61,819 nt of DNA from an uncultured Pseudomonadota bacterium (GCA_949300375.1 CASGEB010000009.1:1-61819); one strand, 5' to 3'; shown: positions 30,452 to 41,517, numbered from the stretch's first letter. The notes: a model not told the origin generated them from the letters alone. A program made the numbers and translations.

Positions 30452-32713
30452 TTACAATCTCGTACCGAAATTCAAACGGAAAGTCTCGGTCTTATCATAA
30501 TCTTCCTTAACAATCGGGAACGCAATGTCCACATCAATTTGCCCCATCGGCGACAGCCATTGGAAACCAAAACCTGCTGCAACACGCGGAGAAGAAGAGT
30601 ATTCCACAATTCTGCGGTCAATATCATCCGGCTCGCCCAACATACCCATATCAACAAAGGTACGTCCGCGAATACCGACCTCGTCCAATCCGATCGGAAA
30701 AGACATTTCCGCACCGGTATACAACATCCAGTTACCGCCCAAAGCATCGTCCGTATATTTATCACGGGCTCCGATACCGGCAAATTCAAAGCCCCGAAGC
30801 GTTGACCCGCCGAGATAATACCGCTGAGCCAAACGAACGTCTTCGTCGCCGTAACCGGTAATATAACCGGCATTGGCAAAGAGTTTGAAAGTATAATAAT
30901 CGGCCAGCGTATGATATGTATAAGCCTTAACGTCAAACTTAAGATATTTTTCATCACCGCCGGCTCCGGCCACATCATTGCCGAACGACAGGTAATATCC
31001 TTCTTTCGGATTAATCGAACTGTCGCGTTTGTCATAATACAAAGTCTGTCCGATAACCGAACCGGTACTCGTTCCTTCCTCCCGTTTAATATAAATGGAA
31101 GAATATTCATCAACATTCGAAATTTTATCCTGCCGTAAAGTATAGCGAAGCTGTTGGGACAAATCATCCGTATAGTTCCATCCCAAACGCAGGCGTCCGC
31201 CGGTCGTTTCACTATCATACGAGCCTTCATCCTGATAATCCTGCTCACTGCGGAACAAATCGACGCCGGCTCTCAGAGGCTGCCCCATAAAATAGGGTTC
31301 CGTAAAGCTCAAATCATATTCCTGCGCTCGTTGTGAAACAGAAACATCTGCCCCTAGCTGCTGGCCTTTACCCTGGAAGTTCTCTTCATAAATTCCGGCA
31401 CGAACCAAAGCGCCGTTAACGGTAGAATATCCGACGCCGACATTAAATGAACCGGTTGATTTCTCCTCAACATTAACATTAACGTCAGCCTTGTTATTAT
31501 CCGTCGGAACAGTTTCAATATCAACTTTGCTGAAATAATTCAAACGTTCGACATTGCGGCGGGAAGCTCTGATTTTGGCAGCATTAAAGGCATCGCCTTC
31601 CTCAATGCGGAACTCGCGGCGGATAACTTCGTCATTCGTCCGGGTATTGCCGGAAATATTAATTCTGTCGACAAAAATGCGTTCGCCTTCGTTAATATTA
31701 AAAATAACATCAATTTTGCCGCTTGCGGTATGCCGAACCAGCTGCGGTTCAACCTCGACAAAGGCAAATCCTTTCTTGCCGAGTTCTTCTGTCAGCGCCG
31801 TTACGGTATTTTCTACTTTCTGGGCATTATACCAGTCGCCTTTTTCAAACAACACTTCTTCATACATCGGATCGACGTTAACTTCTGAAATTTGCGACTT
31901 GATGGTAATATCGCCGATTTTATAACGCGGTCCTTCATCCAAAACGTAAGTAATAACAAAAGACGTCTTATCCGGACTAAGCTCAGCCACTGCCGAAGAT
32001 ACCGCAAAATCCGCATAACCATGTTTCAGATAAAAGCGGCGCAGCAGCTCTTTGTCATAATTTGTTTTTTCGGCATCATAATTTTCTTTGGAAGAAAAGA
32101 TTCGAAACCAACGGGTCTCTTTGCTCATAATCTCGCCTTGCAAATCATCGTCGGAATAATGCGTATTGCCAATAAAGTTAATCTTGCTGATAGAGGCAAC
32201 AGGTCCTTCATCAATTTCATAAATCAAATCGACGCGGTTTTCGGAACGGACAATAACTTTCGGCTCAACAACCACGGCATAACGGCCGGCACGCTTATAA
32301 ATCTCCAAAATACGTTGAACGTCTTCCTGTACCTTGGCTTTTGAAAAAACGGAACGGGGAGCCAGCTGAACCTCTTGTTCCAACATGGCATCGTCAATTT
32401 TCTCATTGCCGTCAAAAACGCGTTTATTAACAATCGGATTTTCAATTAACCTGATATTCAAGTTTCCGGCAGCGCTGACATCCATCACGACATCGGCAAA
32501 CAAACCGGTATTATACAGGCGTTTCAGGGCATCATCCAGCTCTTCCTGCGAAACGCTTTCGTTTTTCTGTATATTAATATATGAAAGCACCGTCTCAAGT
32601 TCGACTCTCTGCAGCCCGCTCACATCAATATTCCGAACCTGCACATCTGCCGCGTTTACGCTTGTCGAATACATCAACGACAAGGCCAGTCCCATAAGTC
32701 CAACTTTCTTCAT
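30452..32713 (-). CDS. bamA: Outer membrane protein assembly factor BamA
   Basis: Signal peptide, POTRA-like repeats, LRGF motif, SPMG, C-terminal FRLNFG. Confidence 0.95.
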   Translation of the reverse strand: MKKVGLMGLALSLMYSTSVNAADVQVRNIDVSGLQRVELETVLSYINIQKNESVSQEELDDALKRLYNTGLFADVVMDVSAAGNLNIRLIENPIVNKRVFDGNEKIDDAMLEQEVQLAPRSVFSKAKVQEDVQRILEIYKRAGRYAVVVEPKVIVRSENRVDLIYEIDEGPVASISKINFIGNTHYSDDDLQGEIMSKETRWFRIFSSKENYDAEKTNYDKELLRRFYLKHGYADFAVSSAVAELSPDKTSFVITYVLDEGPRYKIGDITIKSQISEVNVDPMYEEVLFEKGDWYNAQKVENTVTALTEELGKKGFAFVEVEPQLVRHTASGKIDVIFNINEGERIFVDRINISGNTRTNDEVIRREFRIEEGDAFNAAKIRASRRNVERLNYFSKVDIETVPTDNNKADVNVNVEEKSTGSFNVGVGYSTVNGALVRAGIYEENFQGKGQQLGADVSVSQRAQEYDLSFTEPYFMGQPLRAGVDLFRSEQDYQDEGSYDSETTGGRLRLGWNYTDDLSQQLRYTLRQDKISNVDEYSSIYIKREEGTSTGSVIGQTLYYDKRDSSINPKEGYYLSFGNDVAGAGGDEKYLKFDVKAYTYHTLADYYTFKLFANAGYITGYGDEDVRLAQRYYLGGSTLRGFEFAGIGARDKYTDDALGGNWMLYTGAEMSFPIGLDEVGIRGRTFVDMGMLGEPDDIDRRIVEYSSSPRVAAGFGFQWLSPMGQIDVDIAFPIVKEDYDKTETFRLNFGTRL

Positions 32714-32741
32714 CAGTCAAAATCCTTATTCTCAAAAAACA

Positions 32742-33890
32742 CTACACAAAAATTCTTTTGAATAAATGTACCAAATCATTCCAGGTTGCAAAAATCACTA
32801 AAGCCATTATTACCCCAAAACCAAATCTGAACATATATTCTTTTATTTTTTCCCCAATTTCTCTGCGGGCAATCATTTCGACAATCGAAATCACGGCCTG
32901 CCCGCCGTCCAAAACCGGAATGGGAAACAGATTAATCAAACCGAGATTAATGGAAAGCAGCGCCATAAAAACCATAAAATCAATCAGTCCGCGTTCTTTG
33001 CTGATATCGCCGGACATCTCCGCAATCCGGATAACGCCGCCGACATCGTCGGAAGCCCTTTTCCCGGTCAGCATCTGTCCGACGCCGCGCAGTGTTGCCG
33101 TTGTAATATCCCAAGTTTCGGCACACGCTTCTTTAAACGATTCGGCAAAAGACAAATCCTGTTTATCCAATTCAACGGCATTGACAGAACGAACGCCAAG
33201 CAGCAGCTTTTGTTGTTTAGGCGCGTTCTCGCTGTCATATTCGCTGGTAGGAACCTCTAACTCTTTCAAAGTAACATGAATATTCAAAACTTTGTCGCCG
33301 CGTTGAATAACGACATCGGCTTTTTTGTCAACGCTCAAATCCACTTCGCGCTGCAAATCGGCAAAAGTATCAATTTTTTTGCCGTTTATCTCCAATACCC
33401 GGTCATTTTTCAAAATCCCCGCGGCCTGAGCAGCACCGCCTTCAAGCACCTCGCCTATAACCGGAGGAAAAGTCAGACGGCCGAGAAAGAAAAATATCGC
33501 TGTAAAAATAAAAATGGCAAACAAATAATTGGCCGCCGGACCGGCAAGCGTAATCGCCAGTTTTTTAGAAGGAGGCTGAGCCGTAAACGTTTTTTTCAAA
33601 TCTTCTTCCGAAAGAGATTTAACTTCTTCGCTTTCCGTCGCGCTGGCCGCATCGGCGTCGCCCAGCATCTTGACATAACCGCCCAGCGGAACAGCGCAAA
33701 CTTTCCAGCGCGTTCCCGACTTATCATCAACCCCCCAAAGTTCTTTGCCGAAACCAAGCGAAAATTCCTCCACCTTGACGCCGACAAACTTGGCTACCGC
33801 AAAATGCCCGAGTTCATGCACAAAAACCAATATTCCCAATAAGACAATAAAAGGAACCAAATAATAAAAGATATCAATCAGCCAATCCAT
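32742..33890 (-). CDS. rseP: RIP metalloprotease RseP
   Basis: HELGH, PLGGYVKM, PDZ region, NLFPIPVLDGG; start revised to MDWLID. Confidence 0.93.
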   Translation of the reverse strand: MDWLIDIFYYLVPFIVLLGILVFVHELGHFAVAKFVGVKVEEFSLGFGKELWGVDDKSGTRWKVCAVPLGGYVKMLGDADAASATESEEVKSLSEEDLKKTFTAQPPSKKLAITLAGPAANYLFAIFIFTAIFFFLGRLTFPPVIGEVLEGGAAQAAGILKNDRVLEINGKKIDTFADLQREVDLSVDKKADVVIQRGDKVLNIHVTLKELEVPTSEYDSENAPKQQKLLLGVRSVNAVELDKQDLSFAESFKEACAETWDITTATLRGVGQMLTGKRASDDVGGVIRIAEMSGDISKERGLIDFMVFMALLSINLGLINLFPIPVLDGGQAVISIVEMIARREIGEKIKEYMFRFGFGVIMALVIFATWNDLVHLFKRIFV

Positions 33891-33894
33891 CTTC

Positions 33895-34695
33895 CTACAT
33901 CCCGCTGCTGATAAAACCAACAATAAACAAAGCCAGATAAAGCATCGGCGCAGCAAAAATCAAACCGTCCACCCGGTCAAACATTCCGCCGTGTCCCGGA
34001 ATAAGATTGCTGGAATCTTTCAAACCCAAACGGCGTTTAATTGCCGATTCGACCAAATCGCCGATCTGAGCGACCACGGCCACCGCCGCCGCCAAAAGAC
34101 AGAAATAAAGCAACGGCTCTGTACCGGCATAGTAATAAACCAGCGCTCCCGTCACGGCCACTGCCAACGCAATACCGCCGATAAGACCGGACCAGGTTTT
34201 GTTCGGACTGATTTTCGGAGCAAGTTTCGGCCCTTTAAGCGTCGAACCAACAAAATATCCGCCGATATCAACGCTCCAAACAGCCAGGAAAAACCACAAA
34301 GTCAAAGCAAAACCGCCAAATTCGTACAGCCAGTTGATTGATCCGGCACCGATGGCAATATACGGAACGCCGAGCATCAGCAGATATTTATGCTCCTCGT
34401 GGCGCGCCAGCCAGATTGCCGTCAGCCAGCAAACCAGCACCACCGTACCCCATATAATCCCGGGAAAAGGAACCATGGACGAAAGCACGGCCGGCACGGT
34501 ATAAGCTATGGCAAAAGCGTTCTGACGGGAACTCGGCACCATCGAACTCCACTCCCAGGCCAGCAAAACGCCAATCGCCATCACCAGAAAATTTATAAAT
34601 GGAGTGCCGTAAAACAATGCTCCCAAAACAACCGGTATCATAACAACTGCCGAAACCGTACGTTTCAGCAAAGATCTGGCTTTAGATTTTTCCAT
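33895..34695 (-). CDS. cdsA: Phosphatidate cytidylyltransferase
   Basis: ISPNKTWSG, GDLVES, KDSSNLIPGHGGMFDRVD; start revised to MEKSKAR. Confidence 0.93.
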   Translation of the reverse strand: MEKSKARSLLKRTVSAVVMIPVVLGALFYGTPFINFLVMAIGVLLAWEWSSMVPSSRQNAFAIAYTVPAVLSSMVPFPGIIWGTVVLVCWLTAIWLARHEEHKYLLMLGVPYIAIGAGSINWLYEFGGFALTLWFFLAVWSVDIGGYFVGSTLKGPKLAPKISPNKTWSGLIGGIALAVAVTGALVYYYAGTEPLLYFCLLAAAVAVVAQIGDLVESAIKRRLGLKDSSNLIPGHGGMFDRVDGLIFAAPMLYLALFIVGFISSGM

Positions 34696-35392
34696 ATCTT
34701 CTCTCCCTTGCATTAAAATTCTTAATAATATCTTCCAGACACTTGCGGTCAAAATCCGGCCACAAAACATCTGTAAAATAAAATTCCGCATAAGCAATCT
34801 GCCACAACAGATAATTGCTGACCCGCTGCTCGCCGCTGGTTCTGATAACCAAATCCGGATCGGGAATATCCTTTGTATAAAGCAATCCGGCAAACATTTT
34901 GGCATCAACCTCTTCCGGATCGATATCGCCTTGCTTGGCCAGGGCGGCAATTTTCCGGGCGGCCTGCACAATCTCCTGCCGGGAACCGTAACTGAGCGCA
35001 ATACACAATGTCATTTTATCATTGCCGGCCGTTTCTTCTTCCAGTTTACTCATCGATTCGACAATATCCGCCGGCAGCATGGAACGCTCGCCGATAAAAA
35101 TAATCCGGACGCCGTTTTCCTGTAATTCTTTCAAATCAGACTTCAGATATTCGCGCAAAAGCCCCATCAGGGTTTCCACCTCTTCTGCCGGGCGCTGCCA
35201 ATTCTCGGTCGAAAAAGCATACAGCGTCAGGTACTTCACCCCCATTTCTCCGGCTGCCCGCGTAATTTCTTTTACTGTTTCTGCACCTTTCTTATGCCCG
35301 ACAGAACGCAGCAAACCTCTTTTCTTGGCCCAGCGTCCGTTTCCGTCCATAATAATCGCAATATGTTGCAGATTGCCTGTCTTAGTCGTCAA
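34682..35392 (-). CDS. uppS: Undecaprenyl diphosphate synthase
   Basis: HIAIIMDGNGRWA, FSTENW, IRTSGEQRVSNYLLWQ. Confidence 0.96.
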   Translation of the reverse strand: MTTKTGNLQHIAIIMDGNGRWAKKRGLLRSVGHKKGAETVKEITRAAGEMGVKYLTLYAFSTENWQRPAEEVETLMGLLREYLKSDLKELQENGVRIIFIGERSMLPADIVESMSKLEEETAGNDKMTLCIALSYGSRQEIVQAARKIAALAKQGDIDPEEVDAKMFAGLLYTKDIPDPDLVIRTSGEQRVSNYLLWQIAYAEFYFTDVLWPDFDRKCLEDIIKNFNARERRYGKI

Positions 35393-35439
35393 AATATTCC
35401 TCGTAACTTATTCTCGTTCAAAAAAAACACGGCTCTTGC

Positions 35440-36000
35440 TTATACCTGTAAAATATCCTTTTCTTTCAGTGCCTGAAGCTCATCAATTTTCTTAATCGAT
35501 TCGTCCGTCAGTTTCTGAATTTCATTTTCAAATCTTTTTTCTTCATCCTCTGAAATGGCATTGTCTTTTTTCAGTTTTTTAATCCCGTCGATTCCGTCGC
35601 GGCGGACGTTACGAACGGCCACTTTAGCCTGTTCGGCATATTTTCCGGCAACCTTAACCAGCTCTTTTCTTCTTTCTTCGCTGAGCGGCGGGATTGGAAT
35701 ACGGATAAGCTGCCCGTCTGATACGGGATTCAACCCCAAATCAGATTCGCGGATAGCTTTCTCGGCCGACTTTGCCAAGCTCTTATCCCAAACGCTGACG
35801 GAAAGCGTCCTGGCATCGGGAACACTGACGGTTCCGACCTGATTCAGCGGGGTCATCGACCCGTAGGCCTCTACCATAATGCCGTCCAGCAGGCTGGCAT
35901 GGGCGCGTCCGGCACGCAAACCGCCGAAATCGTTCTTCAATGCGTCGATTGTTTTATCCATTCTTGTTCTGGTATCGGTCTTTATCTCATTAAAATCCAT
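35440..36000 (-). CDS. frr: Ribosome recycling factor
   Basis: [20 protein letters not shown]. Confidence 0.97.
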   Translation of the reverse strand: MDFNEIKTDTRTRMDKTIDALKNDFGGLRAGRAHASLLDGIMVEAYGSMTPLNQVGTVSVPDARTLSVSVWDKSLAKSAEKAIRESDLGLNPVSDGQLIRIPIPPLSEERRKELVKVAGKYAEQAKVAVRNVRRDGIDGIKKLKKDNAISEDEEKRFENEIQKLTDESIKKIDELQALKEKDILQV

Positions 36001-36003
36001 AAT

Positions 36004-36723
36004 CTATTCCTCGCTTTTAATTATCGTAAACTCGCCTTTGCCGCACACAGCTTTCATCAGGGCCTTTTCAGCGGCCTGGGCAAACACCACAACCGGAATG
36101 TTATTTTCCCGCGCCAGGGCGATTGCCGTCGTATCCATCACCTTAAGTTGCTTATTGATAACCGTATCATAATCAATAACCTGATATTTCCGCGCCTGCG
36201 GATTCTTCAGCGGATCGCTGTCATAAACGCCGTCCACCTGCGTTGCTTTCAAAATCACGTCGCATTTCATCTCCGAGGCCCGGAGCGCTGCTGCCGTATC
36301 GGTCGTAAAAAACGGATTCCCCGTTCCCGCTGCAAAGATGACCACTCTTCCCTTCTCCAAATGGCGCAACGCCTTGCGATAAACATAATGCTCGCAAACA
36401 TCGGGAATATTCAGAGCCGACATAACCCTTGCCGCCGCGCCGATCCGTTCTAAAGCATTTTGAATAAAAAGCGCATTCATAACCGTCGCCAGCATACCGA
36501 CCTGATGAGCCACAACCGGCGCCATTTCTTTTGAAGCATCTTTTGCGCCGCGAAAGATATTGCCGCCGCCGATAACAACGCAGACTTCCGTCCCTGTATC
36601 GGCAATTTCCTTAATCTGCGCCGCCAAAGCGTCAACAACCTCTTCCGACATTCCGTAAGGCTTGTTTCCCAAAAGTCCCTCGCCGGAAAGTTTCAGCAGA
36701 ATTCTTTTATAAACAGGCTTCAT
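36004..36723 (-). CDS. pyrH: UMP kinase
   Basis: LKLSGE, GGGNIFRG, GTGNPFFTTD; alternative start at 36729. Confidence 0.96.
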   Translation of the reverse strand: MKPVYKRILLKLSGEGLLGNKPYGMSEEVVDALAAQIKEIADTGTEVCVVIGGGNIFRGAKDASKEMAPVVAHQVGMLATVMNALFIQNALERIGAAARVMSALNIPDVCEHYVYRKALRHLEKGRVVIFAAGTGNPFFTTDTAAALRASEMKCDVILKATQVDGVYDSDPLKNPQARKYQVIDYDTVINKQLKVMDTTAIALARENNIPVVVFAQAAEKALMKAVCGKGEFTIIKSEE

Positions 36724-36921
36724 AAGCATCCTTAAACAAATACATTTTTTTACATATTAACGTCTTTAACAGATTTGTCATCATATTTCTTTACTTTATA
36801 TAAAAGAAAAATGCAACCTTATGCAAGTTATCTCCACCATAAAAAATAATATTGAAAAAACGGCGGCTTCGTTTTAAATTTGAAATAAAATTTTGAGACA
36901 TAAAACATAAGGATTGGTTCT

Positions 36922-37560
36922 ATGATGACAGCTTTTATATTCTCTGCCCTCGGAGGCTATCTGCTCGGCTCTGTGCCTTTCGGCCTTGTTCTGACCAGAA
37001 TAGCCGGTTTGGGCGACATTCGCAAAATCGGCTCGGGTAACATCGGCGCCACCAACGTTTTGCGTACCGGCCGCAAAGACCTGGCGCTGTTAACGGTTCT
37101 GCTGGATGCCTTCAAAGCCGGCATAGCTGCACTGGTTGCCAAACATCTGGTAACAAACGAGGCCATGATATTCTGCGAATATCTGACCTCCGTCAACACG
37201 GTTGCCGCGCTGATTGCCGGCACCGCCGCCGTCATCGGACACAATTTTCCGGTCTGGCTCAGATTTAAAGGCGGCAAAGGCGTCGCCTCTGCTTTTGGTT
37301 TCATCTTGGTTCTGTCGCCGGCGGTTGCAGGTCTGGCTCTTCTGACCTGGCTGGTTGTTGCTTTTGTTACGCGCTATTCGTCGTTATCGGCAATTACTGC
37401 CGCCGCTATGGTGCCTTTTTATGCCTTTTTCCTTTCCTCACCGGTTTATACGGTTTTTTATACCGCAATCGCGCTTTTGGTGCTGCTCCGCCATCATGCC
37501 AACATCGCCCGCCTGATTAAAGGCGAAGAAAGCAAAATTTCTTTTAAGAAGAAAAAATGA
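36922..37560 (+). CDS. plsY: Glycerol-3-phosphate acyltransferase PlsY
   Basis: GSGNIGATNVLR, FKGGKGVA, RHHANI. Confidence 0.95.
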   Translation: MMTAFIFSALGGYLLGSVPFGLVLTRIAGLGDIRKIGSGNIGATNVLRTGRKDLALLTVLLDAFKAGIAALVAKHLVTNEAMIFCEYLTSVNTVAALIAGTAAVIGHNFPVWLRFKGGKGVASAFGFILVLSPAVAGLALLTWLVVAFVTRYSSLSAITAAAMVPFYAFFLSSPVYTVFYTAIALLVLLRHHANIARLIKGEESKISFKKKK

Positions 37561-38669
37561 GCAAAGAAAAAGAAACAGAAATCATAGACTGCCTGCGCCT
37601 GATTAATTCGGAAAATATCGGACCGGTTACTTTTTATAAACTAATTGACAAACACGGCACGATAGCCGCCGCGCTTGATGCCCTGCCGGTCGAAATGAAA
37701 ATTTCCCCCTGCCCGAAAGCGGATGCCGAAGCCGAACTTGAAAGGGCGCAAAAAATCGGCGCAAAAATCATCACTTACCGCGATCGGGAATATCCCGCTT
37801 TGCTAAAACCGCTTAACGACCGCCCGCCGCTGTTATATGTCCTCGGCAACCCCGCATTACTCAACCTGCCGCTCAGCATTTCCATTGTCGGCGCGCGCAA
37901 TGCCACAATTAACGGCCGTAAAACCGCCTCAAAAATCGCCCACGATCTGACAAACAACAAAATTTTAGTCATCTCGGGAATGGCGCGCGGCATCGATTCG
38001 GCGGCTCATAAAGGGGCAATGTACGCCTGTGCTCAACAAGGTCCCACGATAGCAGTACTCGGAACAGGCGTTGACATTCCTTACCCAAAAGAAAACTCAG
38101 GTCTGTATAACCAAATCATTGAGCAAGGCGCCATTATCTCGGAGTTTCCGCTCGGGACTTTGCCGCAGGCCGCCAATTTTCCGCGCCGCAACCGCATTGT
38201 CGCCGGGCTTTCCTGCGGAACATTGGTTGTCGAAGCGTCTTTAAATTCCGGCTCGCTGATTACCGCCCGGCTGGCTTTGGAACAAGGACGTGATATCTTT
38301 GCCGTTCCCGGCTCGCCGCAGGACAACCGCTCGCTAGGCCCCAACAAATTAATCAAAGACGGCGCCGTTCTGGTTGAATCCGCTGACGATATTTTGGAAA
38401 CCTTATCCCAAACTCACAGTGTCCAACTGACAGAATATATTGACAAGTTGCAAAAAAATGCCGATATTCCGGAAGAAGAAAACGAAGCGGAAGATTTGCC
38501 GGAAAACATCTGCCTGGTCGACTATATCAGCCGCGAGGGCGTCTATGTTGACGAACTGATTCGCACAACCGGCCTGACGGTTTCCGAGCTTTCGCCGCTC
38601 CTTTTGGAATTGGAATTAAACGGTAAAATCGAAAGACAGCCCGGCAACAAAGTTGCCCTCATAAAATAG
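37557..38669 (+). CDS. dprA: DNA processing protein DprA
   Basis: IVGAR, SGMARGID, FPRRNRIVAG, SGSLITA. Confidence 0.95.
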   Translation: MSKEKETEIIDCLRLINSENIGPVTFYKLIDKHGTIAAALDALPVEMKISPCPKADAEAELERAQKIGAKIITYRDREYPALLKPLNDRPPLLYVLGNPALLNLPLSISIVGARNATINGRKTASKIAHDLTNNKILVISGMARGIDSAAHKGAMYACAQQGPTIAVLGTGVDIPYPKENSGLYNQIIEQGAIISEFPLGTLPQAANFPRRNRIVAGLSCGTLVVEASLNSGSLITARLALEQGRDIFAVPGSPQDNRSLGPNKLIKDGAVLVESADDILETLSQTHSVQLTEYIDKLQKNADIPEEENEAEDLPENICLVDYISREGVYVDELIRTTGLTVSELSPLLLELELNGKIERQPGNKVALIK

Positions 38670-38681
38670 AGACGGAAGAAA

Positions 38682-41135
38682 ATGAAATTAGTTATTGTAG
38701 AATCTCCGGCCAAAGCCAAAACCATCAACAAATACCTTGGCAGCGATTATAAAGTTCTTGCCAGTTTCGGCCACATTCGCGACTTGCCGAGCAAAGACGG
38801 CTCCGTCAAACCGGACGAAGATTTTGCCATGAGCTGGGAATTAAGCCCCGGCGGCCAAAAACGCTTAAAAGACATCATTGATGCCGTCAAAGACGCCGAC
38901 ACGATAGTTCTCGCATCCGACCCGGATAGAGAAGGAGAAGCCATCGCCTGGCATATTCTGGAAGAATTGAAAAACCGCAAAAAAATCAAAGACAAAAAAA
39001 TTGAACGCGTTGTCTTTCACGAAATCACCAAACGCGCCGTTACGGAAGCTATCAAAAACCCGCGCCAGATTGACGACAACCTGGTTTCGGCCTATATGGC
39101 GCGCCGCGCTTTGGACTATCTCGTCGGCTTTACCTTGTCGCCGGTTTTATGGCGCAAACTCCCGGGCTCCAAATCTGCCGGACGCGTCCAGTCCGTTGCC
39201 CTGCGCCTGATTTGCGACCGCGAAACCGAGATTGAAAAGTTCAAACCGGAAGAATATTGGACAATCGACGTTGATCTGATTACCAAAACCCAGGCATTGA
39301 TAAAATCGCACCTGATGACGCTCGACGGCAAGAAGCTTGAAAAATTTGACATTAATACTGAAGAAAAAGCCCTTGCCGCCAAAGCCAAAATCGAGGCACA
39401 GGAGTTTAGCATCGCCAGCGTTGAACGCAAAAAAGCCAACCGTTATCCGGCACCGCCGTTCACAACTTCGACCCTGCAACAGGAAGCGGCCCGCAAATTG
39501 CGTTATTCGGCCAAAAAAACCATGCAGATTGCACAAAAGCTTTATGAAGCCGGTTTAATTACATATATGCGTACTGACGCGGTAAACCTTTCTCAGGAGG
39601 CCATTGCCGCCTGCCGCGAGGCTATCGTAAAATATTTTGGTGAGGCTTATCTGCCCAAAACAGCCAAAGAATACAAAACCAAGTCCAAAAACGCACAGGA
39701 AGCGCACGAAGCCATCCGTCCGTCCGACGTGATGAATACGCCGAAGAAAATGGAAACCAAGCTGGATTCCGATTCTCACAAACTGTATGAACTGATTTGG
39801 AAACGTACGGTTGCCTGCCAGATGAATCCGGCGGTTCTGAATAAGGTTACAATCGATTCGATTTCTGCCGACAAGCAAATCATCCTGCGCGCCAACGGAC
39901 AAGTCATCAATTTTGACGGATTCCTGAAACTGTATCAGGAAAGCAAAGACGACAGCGATGAAGACGATGAAAACCGCATTCTGCCGAATGTTGAAGAAGG
40001 CGAAAACGTCAACAAGGGAGAAATCACCACCGACCAGCATTTCACCACGCCGCCGCCGCGCTTTACTGAAGCCAGTCTGGTAAAAAAACTGGAAGAACTC
40101 GGCATCGGCCGTCCGTCGACTTACGCGACGATTATTTCCGTTCTGCAGGAGCGCAAATATGTCCGGGTCGAAAAACTGCGCTTTATTCCGGAAGACCGCG
40201 GGCGTATTGTTACCGTATTCCTGGAAAACTTTTTCAAAAAATATGTAGAATACGACTTTACGGCCCAACTGGAAGAATATCTGGATGACATCTCCGCCGG
40301 TGAAATGGAATGGAAAAAACTTCTGGGCGGTTTTTGGGCAAAATTCATTAAGACGGTTGAATCGGTTCAGCCGCTCCAAATTACCGAAGTCATCAACAAG
40401 ATTGACGAAGCGCTGTCTTTCCACCTCTTTCCGCCGCGTGAAGACGGCTCTGACCCGCGGGTCTGCCCGGAATGCGGCAAAGGCCGTCTGAGTATCAAAC
40501 TCGGCAAATTCGGCGCCTTTATCGGCTGCTCCAATTATCCGGAATGCAAATATACCAAACCGCTGGTCGATACCTCCGATGAAGAAGCTGCCGATTCGCA
40601 AAAGCCCAAATCCGGCGAGGATAAAGTTCTGGGCGAGCTGAACGGGATGAAAATTTACCTCAAAAAAGGCCCGTACGGATTTTATCTGCAACTGGGCGAA
40701 GACGCCACGGCCACAACCGAAAAGCCAAAACGTTCCGCCTTGCCAAAAAATCTGAGCCCGGAAGAAATCACGTATGAACAGGCGGCAACGTTATTAAGCC
40801 TGCCCAAACAGCTCGGCAACGGCATTGAGGTCAATATCGGAAAATTCGGCCCTTACATCAAACAGGGCGGAAAATCCAAATCGCTGACCGGCAATGACAA
40901 TATTTTCAATATTACGTTGGAACGGGCGGAAGAAATTTTGAAGAACGTTGCCGAACGTCCGGCCGGAAAAGTCATCGGACAACACCCGAAAGACAAAGCC
41001 GATATTACGTTGAATGTCGGACGTTACGGTCCGTATCTGAAATGGGGCAAAAACAACTATGCCCTGCCGAAAGCGCTAAAAGACAAAGAACCGACTTTGG
41101 AAGAAGCGCTCCAAATTATTAATGCAAAAAAATAA
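38682..41135 (+). CDS. topA: DNA topoisomerase I
   Basis: VESPAKAK, DPDREGE, GRVQS, ITYMRTD, one zinc ribbon and C-terminal GxFGPY repeats. Confidence 0.98.
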   Translation: MKLVIVESPAKAKTINKYLGSDYKVLASFGHIRDLPSKDGSVKPDEDFAMSWELSPGGQKRLKDIIDAVKDADTIVLASDPDREGEAIAWHILEELKNRKKIKDKKIERVVFHEITKRAVTEAIKNPRQIDDNLVSAYMARRALDYLVGFTLSPVLWRKLPGSKSAGRVQSVALRLICDRETEIEKFKPEEYWTIDVDLITKTQALIKSHLMTLDGKKLEKFDINTEEKALAAKAKIEAQEFSIASVERKKANRYPAPPFTTSTLQQEAARKLRYSAKKTMQIAQKLYEAGLITYMRTDAVNLSQEAIAACREAIVKYFGEAYLPKTAKEYKTKSKNAQEAHEAIRPSDVMNTPKKMETKLDSDSHKLYELIWKRTVACQMNPAVLNKVTIDSISADKQIILRANGQVINFDGFLKLYQESKDDSDEDDENRILPNVEEGENVNKGEITTDQHFTTPPPRFTEASLVKKLEELGIGRPSTYATIISVLQERKYVRVEKLRFIPEDRGRIVTVFLENFFKKYVEYDFTAQLEEYLDDISAGEMEWKKLLGGFWAKFIKTVESVQPLQITEVINKIDEALSFHLFPPREDGSDPRVCPECGKGRLSIKLGKFGAFIGCSNYPECKYTKPLVDTSDEEAADSQKPKSGEDKVLGELNGMKIYLKKGPYGFYLQLGEDATATTEKPKRSALPKNLSPEEITYEQAATLLSLPKQLGNGIEVNIGKFGPYIKQGGKSKSLTGNDNIFNITLERAEEILKNVAERPAGKVIGQHPKDKADITLNVGRYGPYLKWGKNNYALPKALKDKEPTLEEALQIINAKK

Positions 41136-41140
41136 AGCCC

Positions 41141-41171
41141 AATCCCCGTTCTCCCGAACGGGGATTTCTTT
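41141..41171 (+). terminator. topA terminator
   Basis: aatccccgtt-ctcccg-aacggggatt followed by tcttt. Confidence 0.75.
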
Positions 41172-41177
41172 ATCTTC

Positions 41178-41240
41178 TAGCCAAAATACCACTCCAACTT
41201 TTCATTAATCATTGACACTGGCGTTTTGTTGTGGTATAGT
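41178..41240 (+). promoter_or_regulatory. Conserved cassette promoter, copy 3
   Basis: GCCAAAAT at 41180, TTTTCA at 41199, TTGACA 41212-41217, 17-bp spacer, TATAGT 41235-41240. Confidence 0.8.
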
Positions 41241-41266
41241 AGTTTTTAATAATGTTTCTTTTGTCT

Positions 41267-41307
41267 TGTCATTCTGCGTCACCCTGAGGGTGTGACCCGA
41301 GAATCCA
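41267..41307. repeat. REP-like unit with an internal insert, in the cassette leader
   Basis: tgtcattct-gcgtcaccctgagggtgtgacccgagaatcca; 41276-41307 is the reverse complement of 8915-8946 (1 mismatch). Confidence 0.75.
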
Positions 41308-41517
41308 CCTGCACGGCAGGCGCGCGGCGAGTTGAATGCACTGAGCTCAAGAGACCGCGATGCTATGACGGGGTTTGGAATGACAAAAGAAGAAAAGAAT
41401 TTTTATTAACTATTCCGGGCACGATGTTGTTCGGAAAAAAGAAAAGAGCAACGCGAAAGCTTTGGCACGATGATGACAAATGATCGGGTCAAGCACGTTT
41501 GCTTGGGGAGGAGACCG

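Noticed and set aside
28862-30805. 647-aa plus-strand ORF
   Set aside because: Antisense shadow of fabZ-lpxD-bamA with no motif. The same applies to other long antisense ORFs such as 39555-40691 and 48064-49074.
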